From Chrysomallon squamiferum (lineage: Eukaryota; Animalia; Mollusca), in NCBI GenBank assembly GCA_012295275.1, contig CM022673.1, positions 13,020,001-13,084,000 of the forward strand: a stretch of DNA of 64,000 nt, written 5' to 3'. How positions within the stretch are numbered: the first letter of the stretch is position 1; each line of letters begins with the position of its first letter. A program made the position numbers and the translations under genes. The notes under the pieces were generated by a model. It had not been told where the DNA came from. It searched no databases and saw only the letters and a list, made by a program, of their open reading frames with translations. This document shows, in pieces, positions 1 to 11,181 of the stretch.

Positions 1-235
1 AAATAAATTCATTAATAATCAAATGACTTCATTAACATGGTATTTGCATATTTTAATTTTTTGTTTGTTTTTGTTTTGTTTTATAAACATGAAGAGCAAG
101 GATTTGAACTGTGGTCCACAGTTTGGGAGTACAGTGTGTTTCAAACCAAACAAAACAGCTATAAAAACAAACAAAAAACAACAACAATAGATTTACTTGA
201 GATTCTGTTATATATTTATACTCTATTTAATTTTC

Positions 236-269
<34 letters not shown>

Positions 270-564
270 GTAAATAAAATAATGATTATCCATTTGAGGT
301 AAAAATAAAATTAATAATCCACCCTTAAAAAATAAATTTAATGAGAAAAAAAAATAATAAATAATGATTTCATATTTATGATGCAGGGAAAAACTTCAAA
401 GGAATTCTTTAAGAAAATTTTTAAAAAAGTGAGTTTTAAAGCTTCATAATTAAATTTTTTTTTTTTTTTTTTTTTAAAAAGAATTATATTTAGTCCCTTC
501 CACTGGTGAAAACAATAAAACTCACAACAAAACACAAATATTAACACAAACTTGAATTAAGATA

Positions 565-638
565 GCACCCAGTGAACATTGCATTTGTCAGCTCTCAATG
601 TAAATTCTGAGGGTATGGGTTCAATTCTTATGGGTGCA
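565..638 (+). pseudogene. Degenerate tRNA-like sequence (pseudo-tRNA or tRNA-derived SINE head)
   Basis: GCACCCA (565-571) is complementary to TGGGTGC (631-637), spanning about 74 nt. A B-box/T-loop-like GGTTCAATTC lies near the 3' end. The D and anticodon arms do not fold canonically. Confidence 0.3.
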
Positions 639-2627
639 AATTCTAACTATATTTTTTTCTTTTTAAATAATTAATAGACTGGTTAAATTCTTCATGTTTT
701 TATTAAGTTGTAAAGTTTGAAAAAAAAACAAAATTGCAAATGATCTGTCAGCCATTAGAAAAATATTAATATTTGTTTTTCATTTATTAAAAATTTAATT
801 ATCTTTCTTTTCTGATTATATATATATATATGTGTGTGTGTATATATATATATATATCATCAAAAATATACAACTTTGAAATATTTATGTAACTAAATAA
901 TAATTCTTCCCCTTTTTAAAATACATTAAACACTGCTTCAACACTGACAAACTCTTTTATATTATAAACATAAATTGTTAAAAAGCTGAGGATTATAGTA
1001 ATAAATAGCAAGTACATACATATATATCAAACATAACAACAGAGAAACATGTAGAAAACTAAAACCAAACTGATGAGTTAAACAAAGCACTTCGTACTCT
1101 GAATAATTCCATAGCAGTTCTTGCAACATACTTATCAGCCAATAGGAAATCACCACAACAAGGGAGATAATTAACATGTGAATAAATTAATTCTTAACAT
1201 GGGGGGGAAATAAATTTATTTATCATTATCATTATTTATTATTATTATTATTATTTTAAAATTATATTTATATTTCTAGAGACAAATAACATTGTGGTAA
1301 AAATAATTGGAAATATCCTAAAAATTTTGGAAAAAAAAAAATTAAGGATTGAAGCAAATTATAAAGAGAAATGATATCATTTCACGCATTATACTACACA
1401 ACAATTAAAAAATTACTTTCAATAATTCATGATGTACTTTAACTAAAAATGTAAATTATAAGTCAAAACAGTTTATGATTAAAAATTTCAAGAAGATCTG
1501 GTTTGTCCTCTCATCCCTGAGCTTTTTACAACAAAAGTTTCTATTTTTATTTTCATAATTAAGTACTAATATAATTACTAATCGATTCTAAACTAATTAA
1601 ATCAATTCCTCATGCTTGTTTCAATTTCTTTTTCATTAAATGAAACTAACACAAAATAATGCTTGCAAATAAAAATATATTTTTTGTAACATCTCCCCTT
1701 GTAAAAATTAAACATTTGCCAACCCTCAAGTTAAAAATTCACAATGTTCTGTCCCTCATTGTGTTGCTTGGTAACTAGTTATTTCAAATCATAATTTCTG
1801 ATAAATATGAGAAATACATATGTTCAGTACTCGTTACCACAATTCCAAAAGTTCTACATTAACAAAAATAGAATAATCAATTTGCAATGATTGGCATGTA
1901 AATATCAATAAGTTTTTTTATTTGATCCATTTACAAAGTCTGATAAATAAAAAAAAAAAGGGTTAAAAAGCAAAATGGCAGTATTTGAAATTTTATTTGG
2001 AAGCATACTAGCAAGTTATTTGTTAAAAATGAGCAGATAAATTTAATGCATAATTAAAACAATCAAACAAAGAAAACCCCTCTCAACAACAACCCCCCAA
2101 AAAGCTATTTTTAGCATTAATTGATAAACCTATAAATTTCAGCAGAATACTATTATAATCTTTTATCTTCACTGCCTTTGCAATGAATAATTTCTGACTG
2201 ATGATTGGTTAAAAATGTGCTGATTATCTAAAAGCAAATTTTACTGGTTCTTTAAACCAAAGGTTTCTGGAATTTGTAATTAAAATTTTAATTAAATCTA
2301 TTTTGGTGTTTAGATGACATTGTAGCTGTAACAAAGACAAACAAAATAAAAAAAAGACATATGCAATGAATTGCAAACAAAACAGAAACTAAACATGGTA
2401 GAATTTCAATAAATAATTTCCAATTCAAAATGGATGCAAAATCATTAAAAGATAAAACAAAACAAACAAAAAGAAGAAGAAGAAGCAATCAACTGTTTCC
2501 ATGGTTACTGAAACTGACGTCCTTTACCAGGTGAAAACCTAATTAACAATCAAACTCTCATTTGATTTGAATCACAGATATAAAAGATAATTTCATTGGT
2601 TAAGTCAAATATATATACATATATGAA

Positions 2628-2658
<31 letters not shown>

Positions 2659-3647
2659 ATTATGTGTTCGTGTATGTATAATATATATAAAGCACAATGA
2701 TTGGTCAAATGTCTTATGTACAAAATTAAATCACAATTCGTACTGAGTTAGTATCATTGGCAAGTGATGCAGCTGGAACAAGGAACTCTTGTGTGGAAGG
2801 GAGAGAAAATATTTTGTTCCAGTTGAATGAACTATCACATGTTTGTTCTGCATGAATAAATACGTGACCTCTGTTATCAGAATTCTTGATATGAACCATG
2901 GAACGCAAGAATGGAATTATCTTCATCGCATTTTTATTCTTCTCTCATGTTGTTTATTCATTCTTCTCTCACTTTGTGTCCAAGGCCTTTTTTTTTCTTT
3001 CTCTTCTTTTTTTTTTTTTTTGTCTTAGGTGACAGATATCCCATTGCTTTTCAGAATTTTTGTTACCAAAGATATTCTAGTTACATACTGTTCTTGATTA
3101 CTGTCCGTAAGCTTTTTTCTGATTGGCTAACCTTCAAGAGCAAGTATGGTAACTGTTTTTTGATTGGTTAACATTGTAATAATTATAAACTGAGTCAGTT
3201 AGTTTAATTATTCTTTCTGTTTGTTATTTTTGTTGAAATTTGTGTTAAATTCTCATTCCAGCAGACACAGGTCAGAGTTCATATCTGTTGCACAGAATAT
3301 AAACAGCAGTCTGATTGGTTGATTTGCCATTAACCAAACAGAAAATTTTCATACACTTCATTTTCTTCAATAATTTTTTTTTATATTTTTGAGCAGCACA
3401 CAAGATGGCAAACAAAATTCATTCTTATATTCATTATCAGATACACACTTTATTACTTTGAATAGCCTTTTTTTCATTTTTTGATCAAACTTTTTTTTTA
3501 ACTTTTTATTATTTGTTTGGTTTTTTTTAAACATTCTTACAGTCAACCACACAATTTTTTTTTTTTTTTTATGCATCCACATCAAGTGATGCTCACACTG
3601 GATTGGTCAAAATGTCAAGGTCACAGGAAGTGACATCACAATGTGTA

Positions 3648-3838
3648 CTACCGATGGAACTGCCATAGTGTGATGGCTAGAGTCAACAAAACAGGGATGT
3701 AACTAAAAACAGCAGAATTCTGTTGCCCTCCACTGTCACTGATTAAGCCAACATTTTTCTGACCAATTACATCAATAACATTTTCATCTGGGATGGAGTC
3801 CCTATTCCCTGGCACCTGCTTCCTAGTAGTCAGTGATT
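3648..3838 (-). CDS. ephrin: Ephrin last coding exon with GPI-anchor-type C-terminus: (E)SLTTRKQVPGNRDSIPDENVIDVIGQKNVGLISDSGGQQNSAVFSYIPVLLTLAITLWQFHR*
   Basis: Strong acceptor ctgttgtatttcag|AA, phase 1, open to TAG at 3650-3648. Small residues SDSGG, then a spacer, then a terminal hydrophobic stretch with no cytoplasmic tail. Confidence 0.88.
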
Positions 3839-3917
3839 CTGAAATACAACAGAAATGTTGTTAATTGTCGAAAGTGATGATAACTTTATTACGGATTTAT
3901 AAAACTGTTAGAATGTC

Positions 3918-3950
3918 TGTGTGTGTGTGTGTGTGTGGGTGTGTGGGTGT

Positions 3951-3987
<37 letters not shown>
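3918..3987. repeat. (TG)n microsatellite in an ephrin intron
   Basis: Direct sequence. Confidence 0.95.
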
Positions 3988-3991
<4 letters not shown>

Positions 3992-4256
3992 AAAACACAC
4001 ACACACACACACACATAAAATTGCCTTTTCCAGTTACATATATGTATGAAATTAATAATATTAAAACAGAGTATTACTACTATTACAACAACTACTACTA
4101 CAACTACTATGATAATAATAATAATAATAATAATAATAATCATAAATATCAAAATTTGTAATATTAAAAATATTAAGATATTATACATAATTGTTTGTTA
4201 TTTTTTGGAATAAATACAACACCCTGGAATATTATTATAAAAACATTTGAGCTAAC

Positions 4257-4400
4257 CTGTAAGTTTGCTTGTTCTGTGTGTGGTATGTTTTATTGTAGGC
4301 ATTGTCCTGTGCGTTGTTGTAGTAGTTGTAGTGGTCGTTGTCGTTTCTATCTTTCTTGTGGGTGGAGTCTTATTGGGGCCAGGCGTCTTTGCTGGTTTTG
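4257..4400 (-). CDS. ephrin: Ephrin coding exon, Thr/Pro-rich mucin-like stalk: (A)KPAKTPGPNKTPPTRKIE-T11-HRTMPTIKHTTHRTSKLT
   Basis: Acceptor tttgtttctgcag|CA and donor ACA G|gttagc. 144 nt, phase 1 to phase 1, in frame with both neighbours. The poly-Thr run uses mixed ACN codons, as expected for coding sequence rather than a microsatellite. Confidence 0.88.
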
Positions 4401-4471
4401 CTGCAGAAACAAAATAAAATAATAAAAATATGTTCTGATCACATGAATTAGATATGTGTATGTGTACATGT

Positions 4472-4503
<32 letters not shown>

Positions 4504-4769
4504 GAATACATATGCATGCATACATTCATACACACACACACACAATTTCTCTCTGTTACATGTACAATACAGAAACAATCTCACTCACACAACCATATTT
4601 TTTATAAATAATAATAATAATAATCATTATAATAATAATGTTAAATAATGTTAATAAATAATAATGTTAAATAATAATAATAATAAATAATAATAATAAT
4701 AATAATAAATAGTAATAGTCATAATAATAAATACTACTGATGATAAAAGAATGAGGTTTCAACACTTAC

Positions 4770-4883
4770 CAGTGGTAACAACTGGGGCAGCAGGAAAAAT
4801 GTTTAACTGCATCTTCATGTTCTTGTCCAAACAAGCACCATGATACTGATTGTTCATTTCATGTTTAGCACCACCAGATGTCG
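4770..4883 (-). CDS. ephrin: Ephrin coding exon: (T)TSGGAKHEMNNQYHGACLDKNMKMQLNIFPAAPVVTT
   Basis: Acceptor ttttcacag|CG and donor ACT G|gtaagt. 114 nt, phase 1 to phase 1. Contains the end of the ephrin domain, T-S-x-G...N..G-x-C...N-M-K. Confidence 0.95.
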
Positions 4884-5038
4884 CTGTGAAAAGAAAATAT
4901 TTAAACATTCACTACATTTTACTCCTGCATTTTCCAGATAATTTACATGACAGTTTCCAATTATACACATCCAAATTTGAAAAATACACACTGTATTAAA
5001 GATATCTCTGATTATTATTTTTATTTCTAACTTTATAT

Positions 5039-5089
<51 letters not shown>

Positions 5090-5153
5090 TATTTTTAAAG
5101 TTATTTCCTGTAATTTAAATTTCATTGATTCTATTAAAAGTAATTAACAATAA

Positions 5154-5192
<39 letters not shown>

Positions 5193-5322
5193 AAATAAAC
5201 AAAAAACAAAAATAGTAAACAATAAAGAATGAAAATAACAAAAAAGATACTACATCACAATTGATTACTGTTTCAGACAAATATCGCCTCGGTATTACAG
5301 TTTAAAATGAAACTGAACTCAC

Positions 5323-5503
5323 TTAAGAAGTAATAGCTGTGTCCTGATTTGAAATCGGGACTGCTTGGATTTCCGTTGAAGGAGTAAATATAAATTGTGG
5401 CGTATCTAGGACTTTCTCCTGCTGGGTTTGAACAGTTGAGGATGAAGAAAGCTCGGGAAGTGTTATTAATAACACACTGGTTATATTCATCAGACCTGTT
5501 TAC
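5323..5503 (-). CDS. ephrin: Ephrin coding exon: VNRSDEYNQCVINNTSRAFFILNCSNPAGESPRYATIYIYSFNGNPSSPDFKSGHSYYFL
   Basis: Acceptor ttacttacag|GTA and donor TTA A|gtgagt. 181 nt, phase 0 to phase 1. Matches the ephrin core pattern (V..EY..C, C..P, F..G..YYF). Overlaps ORF 5273..5527(-). Confidence 0.95.
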
Positions 5504-6012
5504 CTGTAAGTAAATAAATAAAAACATAATAAATTAATTAATTAATTAAAATTATTAAATAAATAAATTAATTAATTAATTACAATTTAAATAAATAAAT
5601 ATATAAATAATAAATAAGTTAATAAATAATAAATCAGTAAATAAATAAATAAGTTAAATAAACAGTTAATGGTGTATATGTAACAAAGGTTTATAGACAA
5701 TACTAATTTTTTTTAATATGTTGCTAATAAAAAAAAAAATGAAGATGTACAGTTAGATGTGTTGCCTTTGTACACATTTGTTTGTGTATGTGTATGTTTC
5801 TGTTCATATATCTCAGTGTATCTGTGTGTATTTACCTATGTGTACATGTAAATGTATCTGTGTGAGTATGCATCTCTGAATGCATGTTTTGTTTGTAAAA
5901 TAATATTTTGTACAACAAATAACACACAATACAGTATGTAAAGATAATTACATACTGTATATTAAAGAAAAAAACACACAGTAGACTGTGCTATATAAAA
6001 AATATTACATAC

Positions 6013-6136
6013 CATGTATATAACATAATATTCCCATGTTGCTGCATTGGATGAAGGAGAGTACCAAGGGCAGTAGATGTCAATTCTGTCCCTCATGTTC
6101 ACATTCAGAATGTGGTCATTGTTACTAGTGTGAAAC
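6013..6136 (-). CDS. ephrin: Ephrin, first visible coding exon (probably exon 2): (x)FHTSNNDHILNVNMRDRIDIYCPWYSPSSNAATWEYYVIYM
   Basis: Minus-strand acceptor tttttgcag|G at 6137/6136 and donor ATG|gtatgt at 6013/6012. 124 nt, phase 2 to phase 0. Contains the ephrin motifs D-x-I-D-I-Y-C-P-x-Y and E-Y-Y-x-I-Y-M. Confidence 0.95.
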
Positions 6137-6174
6137 CTGCAAAAACAAATAAAACAACATTAATTTAGTTACAC

Positions 6175-6176
<2 letters not shown>

Positions 6177-6235
<59 letters not shown>

Positions 6236-6250
6236 AAGAGAGAGAGAGAG
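6177..6250. repeat. (AG)n microsatellite; (CT)n on the gene strand just upstream of the 6136 acceptor
   Basis: Direct sequence. Confidence 0.95.
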
Positions 6251-8177
6251 GAAGAAAACAGAGGTAGAGAGACAGAAAAAAAAAGGAATAAGAAAGTAAG
6301 ACAGAGGGTCAGAGAGACACAGAGAGAGATACAGAAAAAAATACAGTATGAGAACAATACATATAAAAAAAAAAAAAACCCAGTTTATTATTGATACAGT
6401 CATACCAAACACACATTAGTACAAATGTACATATTTTTTCATTAACAAAAAAAACAGAAGTTTATTTTCTGTTTCTATCATGTCAGTTTATATTAAACAT
6501 TTCACTAATAATGGAGTATTTTCGGAAATGGATTCCAAAACAACCATCATCATTTAATCAATAAGTTTTAAGCATGCACACACTGACTGCGACATTGCAT
6601 GTTTCTCTGCACTGCACTCAACTGATACCAGTCATTTTATTTAGTTTTTATTTATTTTTAGTTTGTTGTTTTGTTTTTTCTGTTGAATGATGATGACTCT
6701 TATAATAATTTTTTTTTGTTTTTTGTTTTTAATTTCTTTTTGTTTTATATTTTATTGTTATTATTGTTGTTGCTGGGGTTATTATTGTTATTGCTATTAT
6801 TATATCTTTATTTCTTTATTATTCTTATTTAATTTTATGATTATTATTATTATTATTATTATTTTTTTGTTGTTGTTGGTATGAGTATGCATGTTGTTGT
6901 TTTTTTCATTTTTTTTCAGTGTGTGTGTGTGTTATTTTCTTGCTTGATTTTTTTTCTTTTTCAACATATTCATTTTAAAAAAAACAAAAAAACAACATCG
7001 ATCCATTTTCCAAACCACAGGTTCCTTATTTTCTGTTGTCTTACTAATTAAATCTACAAACATTTTTTCTCAGTGAAGCAATGAACTCTTTAATAACTGT
7101 GGAGTCAATCTTTAACCAGTGCTTGCTGAGAAAAGCTACATTTCAGCACACAGGGAAAAAAATAGGAGAAATTCTTCTGAACAATCTGTTGACTTTTAGT
7201 CAACAGCCAGAGATGACTGTTCCCTGTTTAGGATGTTTGAAGCGATTAAAAACAGCTTGGAATGAAGAGACAAACACTGAATGTCAGCTCATCAAACATT
7301 TCCAGCCAGCTAGTAGACGTGAGCACCATTTTAACAACCATTTCTCCTCTTGTTCTGCTGTTTGATCATAAACCATCTAAACAATTACAAAAACTGTAAA
7401 ACAGTGAACTTTGTCCCTACACTTCAAAACACAACCCCGAAACAGTACTGTTTGTAAGGCATAAATGGGTCTAAAATTACAAGTCATAATTAGAAAGTGA
7501 AACAGAACCAACTTGGGTGCTCAAAAACGTAAGGGAGGAAAATAATTACTGAAACAAAAATAAAAAGTCTGTGACCATAAGAAACTGTAAAACTCAATAA
7601 ATCAATGTTGTTAATAAAAAATTATTCAGATGTTTGTTTTGTAAATCAGAAATCAAAAATAAAACAGATTAAATAAAATTGACTTGGGAGCTCCTTAACA
7701 AAATGGAGGGTTGTATAACAGAAAATAGTAATGGTAGTGACAAATTTAAACAGCTAACTAAATATTTTTTTGTTACAAATTTTTTACCCATTTTTATTTT
7801 ACAGAAGACACATTTATCAAAGAACAAGTAAAAAATTTATTTTGTTTTGTAAATTTAGTTGGTGATCTTCCTTGAAAAAATAACTGACTGTAAAACGAAA
7901 GATGTGAAGTTATGGTCCATGCAGAACAAAAGCAAGGACATAAAAGTCTTTTTATCAACCCATAAGGATAGCATGGCTCTCTCGCTAATTGGAATCCAGC
8001 TCTCTTTTATATCTTTAGTCAGCCAGGAAAACAATAAAAACCTTTCAGTTTATCAAGAGACAAAGAAAACGGTCTGACATTTGCATTTTTTCTGATTGCT
8101 GTCTATACTACCCAGACATTTATGATACATTCACAAATGATCTTAACATGTGTTTTCAACATTTACAAACCATAATT

Positions 8178-8480
8178 TAATCCTTGTTTACAGTTTAGTC
8201 TATCAATATATCAGTTTGAAACATAACCAAACTGTTTTCTACATACAGTATCGTTAACTGTTGAAATATTCACGTTTTTCATTTTACTTATGGTATTAAT
8301 AGTTAATTCTTTGTTTACAGTTTAGTCTACCATAATACCATTTTGAAACATTATAACCATCCTGAAAGTATTTTCTACATGGTGATATCAGTAACAGTCA
8401 AAATATCACTGAAGTTTTTTACTTACAGTATTAATAATTAAGTCTCCTTTACGTATTAGCTTGTCATTTATACCATTTTG
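8178..8480. repeat. Degenerate ~125-135 bp tandem duplication, 2-3 copies
   Basis: TTGTTTACAGTTTAGTCTA...TTTGAAACAT...TTTTCTACAT...TTTTACTTA.GTATTAATA occurs twice, with a partial third copy. Confidence 0.7.
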
Positions 8481-9040
8481 TGTGTAAGTCTAAGTCTACT
8501 TTAGTTTATGTACAAAATACTGACAATGAAGTACTGTTTTACTGCATAGTTATTTTGGAAGTAATTGTAATGAATACGTTATAAAAGAGATTAAAAAACT
8601 AAATCAACATGTTTGACATGAATTAAGATTTTAAAATCTTTAATTTATGGTCAAAAGAAGAAAGTGTTCAAAAAAGAAAAAAATGTCATTATGTTATTTC
8701 AGTGAGTGACTGTTTCAAGCTCAACTGTCACACTTAAAATGAGTGATGACAAAACGTTGACGATGTAGTGACAGTTGGACCTGGAGACAAGGAAACCATC
8801 ATACGACAGCGTTGTCACAATGATGACTTCCTTCGTACAACACATACATCATCCATTGTCACAGTAACGTCCTTGTTTCAATGTGTAAATAATGTGTTTT
8901 AACATTCTGTGTTATGTGACCCACATCTTCACAAAAAAATTTAAATATTATCAAATATAAATGATTTTATAATTTATTTTATTTAAAAAGTAAATTTTTT
9001 TTTTATATCACCTAGTTGGTGATAACTGTAACTTTAACTC

Positions 9041-9044
<4 letters not shown>

Positions 9045-9105
<61 letters not shown>
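9045..9105. repeat. (AG)n microsatellite
   Basis: Direct sequence. Confidence 0.95.
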
Positions 9106-9108
<3 letters not shown>

Positions 9109-10704
9109 ATAGTTACATCTACATATTCCATTAATTTTTTTCTTAAACACACTTGTACATATGCACAGACACAGAGACTTACAATACCCATATCCTGTAA
9201 CTAAACAAGTTTTCCCCTATGGATTACTGCAATCAAACAATATGTCATATATGTGTTCATGCTGTCAACTAAACATATCAAATAATCAGTGTCCACACAT
9301 GACTATAACATACATATCTACACACATAAACATAATACAACAGTATGTCCAGAATCTTGTAACTAAATCTGATGTTTATCCATACATATGTACACACATA
9401 TATAACATGTGTTTAATGGTTTACCACACATAATATATACACTCGCACATAACTGCATACATATGTCCAGTATCTTGTAACTGAATCTATTTGATAATGT
9501 TTGTCCATAGGTGGCCTGAGGCTCTGTGTAACAGTCTCTGTGGTAATCTGTTACACAAGGATAACGTTGATGTTGCAGACGTCAAACAGAGCGGGTAGAT
9601 TATTACATTAGATAGATCTAATTAGACAGCAGAACACCGGTCTCTACACACACAGCTCATCAATAACACTCGCAGCAGATACTCTGCTCAGACTGAGTCA
9701 CCTATTTGAACGTGATGGTGAATTTGGTAACAAGAAGACAGTGAAGATTCTAGAGATCTGTCATTTTGAAATCCAGAAGTAAACTATGATTTTTATAACA
9801 TGATTTTATTCTCTCACTCTCTCTCAATCTCTCTCTCTCTCTCTCCCCCTTTCCTCCCCCTTTTAAAGAGTACTCTCTCTGATCTATTTCTCTTATTCTT
9901 TTTCTATCTCTCTCTCTCAATCACAAACTCTGATGCATTATACATGCACAGACATCACACAGATCAATAGCAATCCATCCAGTGAAAGATTAATGATAAG
10001 AAACCAATATTTTAATGAATTCCATTTAATTTTCTCTGACCGAAATATATTCCATATTGATTCATGATAGACAAATAAGCATAATCTCCGACTTTTTTAA
10101 ACAATTTTTCATTCAATATTTTAAATGGATTCCATTTAACGTAACTAAAAACTGAATCCACGTTTATCAAGCTACAGATATACGTACAGATAATCTCCGA
10201 CTAAACGAGGTTTTACAATTTTTCATCTCTAACATTTCTCTCATTCTGCAACTGTTTATCAATACACCACTGCTCCCACAGGACTCCCTTTTTAATCAAG
10301 CATTTAACTCCCTATCAGTTTGTTCCACCTCTAACTAAGCCAGTCTAAAAACGAGAGTGAGGCAGGCTGTGAGGCATCTCGCAGGAGATCTGTTTGGCAA
10401 GCTATTATGTCCCTGTCACTGGCTCCTACACAAAAACACTGGTCCCCGTAAACTGCCTTACATCACAGCCACACAGGCAAGTCTTGTGTGGGTTGAATCC
10501 CACCTTATCAGTCCACCTAATACAACCCAGACCCTGTCAGGACTGACAGGATAATCCCAGTGGAGAATTACAAAATGAGACTACAACTTGGTGAATGGGT
10601 CTTACGCACGGAACAAACTGTAATCAACATTCCAGCTATGTAACTGTAGATGAGGGAAAAAAAAAAAAAAAAAAGTAAAAAAACCCCACATAATCTATAA
10701 TTTT

Positions 10705-10738
<34 letters not shown>

Positions 10739-11122
10739 GAAAGGTATAGAGAATTTTTTTTAAATGTTCAAACCAATTATTTGAAAGCTGTAAGAGTGGT
10801 GCATGAGAGTTTTGTTAGAGATAAGTATTTGAGGGGTTTGTTTTATGTGTGTGTGTGTGTGTGTGTGTGTAAAATTAAAGAAGATTGGTATAAATATAAC
10901 CTTGCTGGTTATTTGTGAAGAAATTTGTGTGCATGTGGGTGTATGTATGTATCCATGTGTACGTGTGTATGCATGCATAAATGTATCTTACAAGTATGTG
11001 CATAAATCCATATGTACATCTATCTATACATGAGTGTCTGTGTGTATTTAGTATTAAAACATTTGAACATATGCAGATATAGGGAATCATAATATAACCT
11101 TATTTACTAAAACAAATAAATA

Positions 11123-11178
<56 letters not shown>
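11123..11178. repeat. (AAT)n microsatellite
   Basis: Direct sequence. Confidence 0.95.
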
Positions 11179-11181
<3 letters not shown>

